The translations under genes were made by a program, and so were the position numbers. 64,000 nucleotides of DNA, taken from contig NC_086373.1 in the NCBI RefSeq assembly GCF_036588685.1, positions 90,458,001 through 90,522,000 of the forward strand, read 5' to 3'. This stretch comes from Mytilus trossulus. Taxonomy: Eukaryota. This document shows, one piece after another, positions 52,235 through 63,743 of the stretch; within the stretch, counting starts at the first letter, position 1; the number at the start of each line of letters is the position of its first letter. The notes under the pieces were generated by a model. That model was not told the origin of the DNA. It worked only from the letters and a program-made list of their open reading frames with translations, and made no database searches.

Positions 52235-54347
52235 AACTAGAGGCTCTCAAGAGCCTGTATCGCTCACCTGACTCTACTTGGTTTTTTGAAATCATATAAA
52301 ATTTGGCTACAAAGTAACAACACTTGGCCAGCACCTCATAAGGAAAGGACTATTCATGCTATGTTTGATTTCATTCAATTCCATGGTTCTCTAGAAGAAG
52401 ACTTTTGTATGCACTTCCCATAGGGTCCTATGTTAAACTATGTCCCCAGCTGGCGGCCATCTTGGATGATGGATCGGATACAAAGTAACAACACTTGGTC
52501 AGCACGTGATAAGGAACATTCATGCAATGTTTGGTTTCATTCCATTCAGTGGTTCTCTAGAAGAAGTCATTTGTATGCATTTCCCATAGGGTCCTATGTT
52601 AAACTAAGTCCCCCGCTTGCAGCCATCTTGGATTATGGATCGGCTACAAAGTAACAACACTTGGTCAGCACCTCATAAGGAACATTCATGCTATGTTTGG
52701 TTTCATTCCATTCAATGGTTCTCTAGAAGAAGTCATTTGTATGCATTTCCCATAGGGTCCTATGTTAAACTAAGTCCCCCGCTGGCGGCCATCTTGAATG
52801 ATGGATCAGCTACAAAGTAACAACACTTGGTCAGCACCTCATAAGGAACATTCAAGCTATGTTTGGTTTTATTCCATTCAGTGGTTCTCTAAAAGAAGTC
52901 ATTTGTATGCATTTCCCATAGGGTCCTATGTTAAACTAAGTCCTCCGCTGGCAGCCATCTTAGATGATGGATCGGCTACAAAGTAACAACACTTGGTCAG
53001 CACCTCATAAGAAACATTCATGCTATGTTTGGTTTCATTCCATTCAGTGGTTCTCTAGAAGAAGTCATTTGTATGCATTTCCCATAGGGTCCTATGTTAA
53101 ACTAATTCCCCCGCTGGCGGCCATCTTGGATGATGGATTGGCTACAAAGTAACAACACTTGGTCAGCACCTCATAAGGAACATTCATGCCATGTTTAGTT
53201 CCATTCCATTCAGTGGTTCTCTAGAAGAAGTCATTTGTATGCATTTCCCATAGGGTCCTATGTTAAACTAAGTCCCCCGCTGGCAGCCATCTTGGATGAT
53301 GAATCGGCTACAAAGTAACAACACTTGGTCAACACCTCATAAGGAACATTCATGCTATGTTTGGTTTCATTCCATTCAGTGGTTCTCTAGAAGAAGTCAT
53401 TTGTATGCATTTCCCATAGGGTCCTATGTTAAACTAATTCCCCCGCTGGCGGCCATCTTGGATGATGGATTGGCTACAAAGTAACAACACTTGGTCAGCA
53501 CCTCATAAGGAACATTCATGCCATGTTTAGTTCCATTCCATTCAGTGGTTCTCTAGAAGAAGTCATTTGTATGCATTTCCCATAGGGTCATATGTTAAAC
53601 TAAGTCCCCCGCTGGCAGCCATCTTGGATGATGGATCGGCTACAAAGTAACAACACTTGGTCAACACCTCATAAGGATCATTCATGCTATGTTTGGTTTC
53701 ATTCCATTCAGTGGTTCTCTAGAAGAAGTCATTTGTATGCATTTCCCATAGGGTCCTATGTTAAACTAATTCCCCCGCTGGCGGCCATCTTGGATGATGG
53801 ATTGGCTACAAAGTAACAACACTTGGTCAGCACCTCATAAGGAACATTCATGCCATGTTTAGTTCCATTCCATTCAGTGGTTCTCTAGAAGAAGTCATTT
53901 GTATGCATTTCCCATAGGGTCATATGTTAAACTAAGTCCCCCGCTGGCAGCCATCTTGGATGATGGATCGGCTACAAAGTAACAACACTTGGTCAACACC
54001 TCATAAGGATCATTCATGCTATGTTTGGTTTCATTCCATTCAGTGGTTCTCTAGAAGAAGTCATTTGTATGCATTTCCAATAGGGTCCTATGTTAAACTA
54101 ATCCCCCCGCTGGCGGCCATCTTGGATGATGGATCGGTTACAAAGTAACAACACTTGGTCAGCACCTCATAAGGAACATTCATGCCATGTTTGGTTCCAT
54201 TCCATTCAGTGGTTCTCTAGAAGAAGTTCAAAATGTAAATTGTTTACGACGACGACGACGGACGACGACGGACGACGACGACGACGGACGACGGACGCCA
54301 AGTGGTGAGAAAAGCTCACTTGGCCCTTCGGGCCAGGTGAGCTAAAA
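52235..54347 (-). mobile_element. HINE-type element carrying a 166-bp satellite array
   Basis: Same termini as 45644..47006 in reverse orientation; (GAC)n at 54246-54297. Confidence 0.88.
52302..54226. repeat. Tandem array, 166-bp monomer, about 11.6 copies
   Basis: AAACTAA anchors at 52435, 52601, 52767 and so on to 54095, with exact 166-bp spacing. Confidence 0.95.
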
Positions 54348-54897
54348 AAGAAGAGTATCTTTTTACTACAAGTTTCATTATAAGTCAAAGTGTCTTCAAT
54401 ATGAAAACAGAAGATAATTATAATTATGATTTAAAGGGGCACTAACGAGATATAAAAATAATAAAATAAAATTTTGTTTTGTTCAATCATTAATGAAGTT
54501 AAATAGTATAATAATAATTTGTTTTTTAAAACAAATTCAATGAAAAAAATAAATCAGCAAAGAAATATCGCTGATGAATTAGTCACTTGCTAGTGATTAA
54601 TTTGACCTCATTGAATTCGTGAACTTCAATTAAACTCTTAAGCTAGAAATGAGTTACGCATGAATTAGGCGTGTTAAGTTAAAGAAATGAATGTCAACAT
54701 TGAAAGTAAAACAAGGGTGATTTGATTAACTGATTCTATCCGTAAAAACTCATTCTTATACAAGTGAAAACGATATATTTTAAAACTATAATATGAAATC
54801 AAACAGACCTACAAAACCACAATTGCACGAGTTCTCTATCTATTTATATATATATTATAAAGTGCCTAGAAAATCAACCTAACTTCTCTCTCTCTAT

Positions 54898-54935
<38 letters not shown>

Positions 54936-55420
54936 GTATAAATGAGTCAAAATTGAAAACTACGTTCAAACCTATGATTGCGTTGGATAAAAACCGCAAT
55001 TTTTATACGTGTGCATGTAAAACAAATTTCGTTGTAGAAGGGTCTAAAAAATAGCACAAACAACATTTTCCAAAAAAGACCAAAAAAGTGAAAAAGTATA
55101 TTTAAACAAAACGCATTTGACTAACAGGTCGAACAACTGATGTTCTTTAACCCTGCTGACTGCCATTGCCAAATAAAATTGATCACAAGATATAACAAAA
55201 TGGATGAAATATAAATTTAATCTAAACAGAAAACAATTTTTTTACTTGTAGCCACGATGTTATGCCACCAACATACGGTGTCAATAATTTGTTAGTACAC
55301 CAGATCCGGATTTCGACAATAAATGTCTCTTCAGTGATGTTAGGGATCGAAACGGTATTTGGAAGGCCATATAAAAAGTACTCTCATTTTTAGAAAAAAA
55401 GTACCCTCATTTTTAGATAA
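54936..55420 (-). mobile_element. Probable Penelope-like pseudo-LTR fragment next to a (TA)n tract, nested in an older MITE that begins TTAAAGGGGCACTA at about 54431
   Basis: Contains the minimal hammerhead typical of PLE terminal repeats; bordered by (CT)n(TA)n on the left and (CT)n on the right; boundaries approximate. Confidence 0.55.
55297..55340 (-). ncRNA. Minimal type I hammerhead ribozyme
   Basis: Minus strand reads ACAUCA-CUGAAGA-GACA UUUAU UGUC-GAAA-UCCGGA-UC-UGGUGU: full catalytic core, 6-bp stem I, 4-bp stem II, palindromic stem III. Confidence 0.85.
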
Positions 55421-55659
55421 ACTCTCTCTCTTTATATGTATCTTATACATGTTTATATAGGGTTATATGTCCGTCGGCTGTCTCCAGAGGTTATCACGTC
55501 TAGACTAAAATACACACGAAATGTTGATACATTTTATCGAGCCTATGCATTTTAAATTGTTTATTTAGACTTTCTATAAATTGGATATTAGTTTTAGTAT
55601 GTTATAAATCAAATATCATAATAAAAGTCAAATCGGTGAATATGAATTTGACAGCTGGA

Positions 55660-55774
55660 AATTGGATTTCCTTGACGGTGCTTGCATAAGGCATAGGGGT
55701 TGATTTCAATTTGCGGGTTTACTATCCCTACAAACCCCTGTGCCTTATTTAAACACCGTCAAAGAAATCCAATT
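55660..55774. repeat. 115-bp hairpin / miniature foldback element
   Basis: AATTGGATTTCCTTGACGGTG...ATAAGGCATAGGGGTT pairs with AACCCCTGTGCCTTAT...CACCGTCAAAGAAATCCAATT. Confidence 0.8.
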
Positions 55775-56710
55775 ATTGATGATGCAATGTTGTGTATACA
55801 TTTATCAAATAAAATACCTTAAGGTCTATACGTTAATGCTAATAAAACTACAGAATCAGGAAGCATTACCATTTTCTGGCTTCATGCAATGAAATAATGA
55901 ATTAATCAAAATGACTACATTCAAGTGTAATGTACCAGTTGTTTATTCTTGTCATGTTGCAGTTGTAGTATTGATCTAGTGCTTTTTTTATATTTTGTTA
56001 TTGAAATTCCTTGTATTTTACATCAATTATAGGTAGCATTATAAAATGGCAAACATAAGGCATTGAACAGGATTATGTGATTAATTTAATGAACTTTGTC
56101 TTACTCAGAAGGTAACAAACAATGAAGGTAATTTTGAAATACACACATGACACAGACAAATACCTTTATGTAAAATAAATCAATCAATGTTTTCAAATCT
56201 TAATTTCTACAACCAATGATGATACGGCCATTCTACGGCTTATGATACATATTTCAGCTTGAAAGGACTACTTTCATGATATAACTTGATTTTCACTTTA
56301 CTGCAACGGAAATTATAGAATCATAATAGATAACTTGAGCTCCCCATAGGGCTTGCGGTAAATTCAGACTTTGAAACAATAACACTCTTGTGGTTCTTGC
56401 TTGCACAGACTGCATACTGAGAAATAACACGACAATGGTTGGTTCAAGGAGGTCATATAACCTCCTTGGTTGGTTCAAATCATTAATTGCGATAAAACAT
56501 ATATATATATAAGTAATTACTTTAAGTTAATCGCAGGGCCATGTCTCTGAAAAAAGTGTTAAATTATGGTATATAGGGTATTTTTTTTCAAATACAAGTG
56601 CCTGTGATTTAGAATAGAAAAGGAAGCTGATGGACCTATGAATACTATGCATTAATGTATTATGTCACAGGATTTGAAACTTGTGAAAATTCAAAAGTGA
56701 TTTTAATTAA

Positions 56711-57375
56711 GGTAGCAATACACAGTTAGGAAAAAAACTTAAAATTGACACTCATAATTTTTAAACACCCCCTTTCCCCTCCTGTCTAACAAAGAAGGCT
56801 TTATATGTGTGTTATGCATGTATATACTTGTAGAAAGAGAATCTTCCATAGATTTGATTTCTAATGGTCATAAGGGTGAAAAATAATCCCTTTTGGGTGT
56901 AACCATGGCAACAATCTGCATTTCTTAGATACAAAATATAGCAAAAAAGGGGGGTGAACATGTCACAAAAGTCTCCAAAATTTGGTCTAAAGGAAAATTT
57001 CAATGAATTACAGTGATACCTTTCCTGAATCCATAGGTTTATATCTATCAAGTGGTCCAAAAAAAATCATATGTCTTCCTGCTCGTTTTTCCATAAAATT
57101 GAATTGAAAAGATCGAGCGCAAAATCTTTGTTGATAAACACTACAATAATTTATGGACCTATGAACGGTACGGATAGGAAAATACGGACTGTCAATCATT
57201 GAAATGGCCTATAAAACATGTTAAAATCAATCTAAATGTTCATATAAACCCACTAAGAAGGCTATATTATTCTTCAATTACCGAAAAATCAATTTTATTG
57301 TACAAAAACTTTCATATTTAAAAAATTCACAGGGGCCATAATGCGAAACTAAACTTCTAACTGTGTATTGCTACC
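56711..57375. mobile_element. MITE, Kolobok-like
   Basis: Perfect 19-bp TIR GGTAGCAATACACAGTTAG/CTAACTGTGTATTGCTACC; TTAA on the left and TAAA on the right. Confidence 0.75.
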
Positions 57376-59162
57376 TAAATCGGAAACCTTCTATACCTAT
57401 CAAATACATCAACTGCAAAACCGGGTCCTGTTTGACCGTTATATGTGATGTTGCTGATAAAATTGAGGAATAGAACCAGAACGGCATGGATACAGTGTGC
57501 CTTCTAAACATTTTGGGGCATACTATCAAGTTTTGAGGTATTGTGTGTGAACAAAAAGTGTACATTTATTTGAAAACAAAGTGAGTTTGAATGAATAAAT
57601 TATGGGGTGAAACTGTTTAAAGATTGAATTAAAGCAGTATTTGAAAGATTGTATTGCTGTTTGCCTCTTTCGCTTGATCTAAGCAAAAGTAACACTCAAA
57701 AGTCAGTACAAAGTATTTTCTTTAAATTTAGGTAACATTTTATTGAATCATATTCAATTTGTTGTAAAATAATTCACGGCATACATAATTCTGAAGCCCA
57801 AACGTTTAAATTTCTATTAGGAAAATAAAAAGTAGAATAAAACCCGAACGTTTTACAGCTTTATAGGTGATACATTAATATTTAAAGAAAAACTATCAAT
57901 ATATATTTGTTTATGCAAATTACATGTTTTTCGTCTCTAGTGAAGTCCTTCAAATTATACTACATTTTTATAGGATTAAAATGAAAGTATACATGTAGTT
58001 TGACAATGTTCAACCGAGTTCAAGACGATATTACAACACAAGCCATTAAATTCTATTCCTTCGAAAACGTCAAAATAGATCTCATAAAAATACGTCTGAT
58101 AAAAAACTGAATTGAATGAGGCTAAAGTAGTGTCTTTTTTAAATCCGGTTGATGATGGTATGGTTAAAACACAAACATGGATTTTTATATTTCAGATAAT
58201 CTTCTGAAAATGAAACTGTGAATCTAGGAAATATTAAAACCAAATGAAATATTTCCCATTTTTAAATTAAGATTTCAAGATAGTAGAATGATAAATATAT
58301 AAATTTAGGCCTATACGGTTTCAAAGTAAGCTACTAGTATTACCTTTAACGACAAAGATGTGGCCTATTTATTCACAAATACCCAGTTAATTCAAAAGTC
58401 CTTATATTGCTGTTTTTTAAAAGCGTATATACAACAAAATAGTTAATAAATAAATACATGCCTCGATAAGAAGTACTGTATGCGATTCGGATGGAGTGCA
58501 TTGATTTAAGACTGAAACTTAATTTCAATGAACAAACTGTATGACAAAAAGGGAGAGATAGAGAGTATGTAGAAGCACAATAAAACAAAAGAATTTGTGC
58601 TACAGTCCCTCATTGAAAACCCCTTATAAGCCCAGGGAAACTGACGGCCTTCATGTAGAATATATAAGCAAGCACGATAAGTCAACTTTCGTTGAGGTCT
58701 GTATTTGTATATATTCCAAATAACATAAATTAAAAAAGAAATCAAAAGTAATTGATACATGAATATATTGTTATTGATTTTCTGTTATAATCTTATGTCC
58801 ATTATGTGTGTTGTTCAGTGGACCGTTGATACGGAAGAAAAATTGCAAGTTGTGATATCAGTGTATAAGAGAACAAAACAAGCTGCGACGAATAACGCTT
58901 GATTAAAATAAAAGTATGTAGCGTTCAAATGTTCCCCGCCGATGCACATTTTTCAACTGTCAATGGGCAATAACTCCAATATATTTTGGGGGTTTCTTTC
59001 AGTCTTGAACAACCTTCATCCAAGGAGGTTATCTGATATAACCTCCTTGCTTCATCCAAGTTATTCACATATATGGCCTGGGATATTTATTTCATTAAAA
59101 CTAGTAGTAACTTTGACAAGACTTTGCACACACACGTGAGAGCGCAAATAACAAAAGACGGC

Positions 59163-59410
59163 AGGGGCGGATCCAGCCATTTTAAAAAGGGGGTTCCCAA
59201 CCAAGGACAAAAGGGGGGATGTTCCAACTATATGTCCCCATTCAAATGCATTGATCAGCCAAAAAAAGGGGGGTGTCAATATTCTCTTCCCCGAAACGTG
59301 ATGCGGGACAATAAGGAGATGTTATTATAATTATCAACAAGACAACAGTGACCAAAGGCCATTATGCTAGCAAAGTGAAAATTTTGCCCCCCCCCCCTAA
59401 ATCCGCCTAT
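59163..59410. mobile_element. Short MITE with GGCGGAT termini (related remnants at about 10039-10165 and 24975-25095)
   Basis: AGGGGCGGATCCAG...CCCCTAAATCCGCCTATG; Harbinger-like ends by resemblance only. Confidence 0.55.
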
Positions 59411-59964
59411 GCCGATGGTGTTGTCTGTTTTTATTCAACCATAGATTTGTACAGTAATGATCCTTCTTCCATATTTTGTTCAGACAACTATCTGGTGTAT
59501 TTTTGAACTGTATTTCCTTGGTTCATATCGGGTGAGTTAAAATTGTCCGACCTTCATACATTGGGCTTCAGCTAACACATTCTGAGTTATTTAAGCACAC
59601 ACTATCAAACATTAAGCATACTTATTGGACTCCGCTCTGTTGACGGTAGCACTTGTTAAATTCGGGTAGAAATCACAACAGATCTATAAAGTTCTGATAT
59701 CGAAGGTTTAGTTTTATAGATTTATAGAAACCCGAGTAAGTAAAGTTAACTCGAGAGTTTGAAGTGAACTCGGCCCTAATGTCTAAGGTAAGGCCCTGAC
59801 TAAGCATGACAAATAATATTTTCTCATTGATTTGACGTCAGGCATTCAAGAGTTTCTCGAGTTTAACCCTGGCTCGGTGAGGGTTGGAACCAGGGTACGA
59901 GGGGTTAACTCGAGTGGTTCAAGTTAAATCGTCGGTGTTTGTTGAAACCGGATGCACTCTACTT

Positions 59965-60082
59965 CTAGGGATTGTCAGGTTTTCTCCGCCGGGCACTCTG
60001 GCTTCATCCACCAATTAAAACTGGCCGCCACGTATTAGCCTGCAGCGGTGCATAAAGGAGGCGTTAAAAGCACAGAAAATCG
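59965..60082 (+). mobile_element. SINE remnant with a V-domain-like core
   Basis: GGTTTTCTCC..GGGCACTCTGGCTTC.TCCACCAAT...GGCGTTAAA resembles the V/Meta-domain SINEs of bivalves. Confidence 0.5.
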
Positions 60083-60166
60083 AAACTTATACTGTGTAGC
60101 AACCTTGGCATTCTCTTCCGTGCGGGCATCCCCGCAGTATGTCCGTCATTTGTCAAACTTTTAGAC

Positions 60167-60176
60167 ACCGGAAGTG
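60167..60176 (+). promoter_or_regulatory. ETS-family site ACCGGAAGTG upstream of the DUF442-like gene; a palindromic CRE TGACGTCA lies at 59833-59840
   Basis: Exact consensus matches about 260 and 600 bp upstream of the ATG; motif match only. Confidence 0.4.
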
Positions 60177-60433
60177 GATGCCACGATTCCCAAACAAGCG
60201 TCTGCACTTTCTAGAAAATCAAGTTTCACACACATGAAGACAGGTTGACAATTACTAATCAATAGAGAACTATATTTTAATGACAGTTAGTTGATCATGT
60301 AGATAATTTAAATGACTCTGTATACCTTCCTGGCAGAGTATGGCCCCAACATATTTTGTTCCGAATCGTGACTTCATTATCTCTGGTTTGTGATTACGTG
60401 TTCCTCTGTGATAACCGGCAGTTAAATGTAAAC

Positions 60434-61532
60434 ATGGATCCATTCACTAAGAGTAGGGACATTTGTCGATGGTTTCAGCAAATAGGCATTCTTATTTTAT
60501 TTACACAGCTTTTCTTATGTCAAAGTACTTGTGATGTTGAACTTGACACTTTGCAAAAAAGAAGTGCACCTGGCCTTAAAGCTCCCAAAAAACTTTGGTG
60601 GGCCAAAGAATTAACTCCAGATTTACATGTTGCTGGAGGTTTGATTGAAAGACAAATAAAATATGCAGCTGAGGCTGGATTTAAAAGCATTATTTCACTA
60701 TTTAATGACTTGCGTGCTGGAGATTTTGGTGGGGAATACTTACCAACTGCATTTGAGGCAAGTCACATAGCTAAAATTGCTGGACTTCAATATCTTGCAG
60801 TATTAGAAGAAGATGAAGAATTTGCTTCTGAAGATGCAATAAGAAAATTGACTGAAGCTATTTCACAAGTAGAGAAACCAATTCTGCTACATTGTAATCG
60901 TGCATTTACAATAGCATATACAACATTGTTGTATTTGGCAAATCAATCAAGACATGATCCTAATTTTGTTCCACATGTTGACAGTGAAAAATTTTACAAA
61001 ATGAGTGCACTTATGGGCAAAGATTTTACCTCAAATCATACCTTAAAAGCTGTGGTCGCAAAAGTCACTGGTGAACCAATTGTAGAAAATCCACCAAAAC
61101 CAGAAACTGAGCCAGATGACTGGCTTGATTTCTGGCTGGCTCATCCTGTGTACAGAAACTGGTATACTGCTGGACAGATTAGAAAAGGACATTTACAGGA
61201 ACTTGAGTTCATAGGCTTTAAATCTGTCATTAATATGAGACTTGATACAACACATAATGGAAAACCATCACAAGAAACTGTTACACTTCTCAATGTCCTA
61301 GATGGTACACCAACATATGACAAGGATTATAAACCTTTACGACAAACACATTCACATATAAAAAACATAATTCTTGATGCTTCAAAACAGAACCATTATA
61401 TCTCTCCAACTTCACCAGTCAATTATGAACATCGACATTATGAAGAATATGGGGATGAGATTGGCTACAATGAAGATCTTCAGAGTGAACACATTAAAGA
61501 ATTTGATCTCGACTACTACCTTTTACCCATAG
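60434..61532 (+). CDS. Exon 1 of a signal-peptide protein with tandem DUF442/TIGR01244-like domains
   Basis: aacATGG at 60434; hydrophobic stretch IGILILFTQLFL; motifs ELTPDLHVAG...AAEAGFKSIISL...AGLQY...KPILLHC, and a second copy WYTAGQI...GFKSVINMR; donor G|GTAGGT. Confidence 0.9.
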
Positions 61533-62391
61533 GTAGGTTCTTTATTCATATCATTTCAGTATCATAACAAAACCCTTTCTTTTAGAGGCAGGTACTAAAA
61601 ACAAATGTAGTTGCAGTGTTCCTGGCATGGCATATGATTTTAATAACAAAAAGATGTACAGCTCTTTTTGAGCTTGCTTCTGATACATGTACATGCAAAG
61701 TATGAAATCACTTCAATTGTTACTTTTGTACAGACTACAGTGTTACATGTACATATACATGTATATGATACTATGTAATTGTTGTACATTGTAGTTCTAT
61801 ATTATTGAATTGTTATATACTGCAAATGCAGGAGGTTGTTTTTCATTTGAATTACAGTAAAGTGATTTTGGAGAACTCATTGAATCAGATTATGTTCCAA
61901 GAGTTACCTCTGAAATAAGAGGTCATCTTACATGCACATTGTTATAACACTTAACAGTCAAATTTTTAAGAGAAACATATACCTGCACCTTATCACATTA
62001 AGCACGTTTTAAAAGTAAGCATACATGTAATGAAACAACATTTGTGTGATACATTTTCCTTTTTTTTTTAAATTCTATATCCTTGAAAGGCAAAAAAAAA
62101 TAATCAGTCTTTCAATAGTATACATGTACATTGTACCTGCAAATTTGATTTTTGTTAGGCCTTACATGATGTATGACATTTCTATTCTTTTAACATGGTT
62201 AAGGAACTGAAAAAAGGCATATTTCTCTTTCTCTTTCTCATATTCAATGACTTTTTCCTACTCCCAACCTTTTTTTGTAAAATGTACAGAATGCAATTAG
62301 TGTTATTGTGCCATCCACTATTAGTTTATCAGGTAAATGAGTATGCACCAATGTAAAGAATAAACTAAATGTTCTTATTATTTATCAATAG

Positions 62392-62502
62392 AGTCAACTG
62401 GAAAGTATAGTAAAGAATTATTTGCAAAGTATAAAGATAAACTGCTAGAGATTGGAAAACAAGGTCCTGTGTTAGTTCATTGTGCCAGTGGAAAGAGAGT
62501 TG
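62392..62502 (+). CDS. Exon 2 of the tandem DUF442-like protein (ESTGKYSKELFAKYKDKLLEIGKQGPVLVHCASGKRV)
   Basis: AG/GT-bounded, 111 nt, phase 1-1; carries the GPVLVHCxSGxR active-site loop. Confidence 0.88.
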
Positions 62503-62800
62503 GTAAGGTTTTTGCTTATAGACACTAACAAATTTTGATTACCTATCTTTGTCAATATCATAGTAAAAGTGACAATAATTTTTAAAAAAGTCCTGCTTTT
62601 AGTGCTTAATATGATTAGGGTAATGCAGATAAAATTGAGAATGGAAATGGGGAATATGTCAAAGAGACAACAACCCGACCATAGAAAAAACAACAGCAGA
62701 AGGTCACTAACAGGTTTTCAATGTAGCGAGAAATTCCTGCACCCGGAGGCAACGTTCAGCAGGTATGCCTATGTCTGTATTTGTGTCAATTTATTCCAAA

Positions 62801-63038
62801 AGAGGGACAAATGAAACTGGAAGGACAGTCAAACTCATACATGTAGATTGAAAATAAACTAACAACACCATGGATAAAAATTAAAAGACAAACAGACAAA
62901 TAATAGTACAAAAGTCACAACATAGAAAACTAAAGACTAAAGCAACACGAACCCCACCCTGGGTTGATCTCAAGTCCACCGGAAGGGTAAGCAGATCCTG
63001 CTCCACATGTGGCACTCGTCATGTTGCTTTTGTTATTA
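62801..63038 (-). mobile_element. 3' UTR fragment of the Penelope-like family in intron 2 of the DUF442-like gene
   Basis: GGAAGGGTAAGCAGATCCTGCTCCACATGT and GGACAGTCAAACTCATA shared with 284..770. Confidence 0.65.
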
Positions 63039-63410
63039 AGTTTGTTCAAAAGTTTGCAATTAGGAATACACAATCCCTATATGTAATAAAACAATTCAAT
63101 GTAATAAACATCAAAATACAGATATAAAGGTGTTATTTTGCCTCACTTTACTTTTACAAAATAAAAAACAATAAAATGTACCATTTCATATTTATATCCC
63201 TTTATTAGGTATGTGTCTAGATGATAGATAAAAAAAGTGAATAAATAAAATATTTAATGAATGATTACAATAAGGCTAATAAAAACCATGTTGAGTTTGA
63301 TTTTTTCATTGTTTTTTTAAATTGTGTGCCATTTGTAATAACTATTTATTACGAAACTAATGATGTGGTCTAAAAAGAGACTAAAAGTAAATTTCAAGCA
63401 TATTTTTCAG

Positions 63411-63580
63411 CATTTATGGCAGTCCTCGCAGCAGCCTTACAACATGAGAAAGATTTTAAGTGGGCACTAAAAAGAATCAATGAACTAGGATTTGAAGTGA
63501 GTCGAACCAAGAACAGAGATGTTTATGAGATGTACTCTGCTTGGCTAAATCCAGATCATGGTAATAAAACAGAGTTATGA
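63411..63580 (+). CDS. Terminal exon 3 of the tandem DUF442-like protein, ending ...HGNKTEL*
   Basis: Acceptor tttttcag at 63410, open in phase 1 to TGA 63578-63580. Total CDS 1380 nt (459 aa). Confidence 0.87.
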
Positions 63581-63743
63581 TGAAAAAAAGACTAACAATA
63601 CATTTTACATGTTTCTATTGCTCACATAACATATGACTTGTTACTGTTAAGTTTATTTTTATGTTTTTTTCATAAATGTCACCTCTAGGGAAGACTTCAT
63701 GACTTGATGATAGTACTTGAAGAATCATAAGCTTACCAAAAAA

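Noticed and set aside
52302-54226. Repeated 60-74 aa ORFs and CRISPR-like regularity
   Set aside because: Head-to-tail 166-bp satellite with no unique spacers and no cas genes; the ORFs are by-products of the repeat.
60013-60034. ERSE-like CCAAT...CCACG upstream of the KTEL gene
   Set aside because: Spacer is 12 nt rather than 9, and it lies within a SINE remnant.
60356-60433. ORF-track N-terminal extension from TTG, and read-through to 61567
   Set aside because: Eukaryotic gene: the ATG at 60434 has good context, and the 3' end is spliced at 61532.
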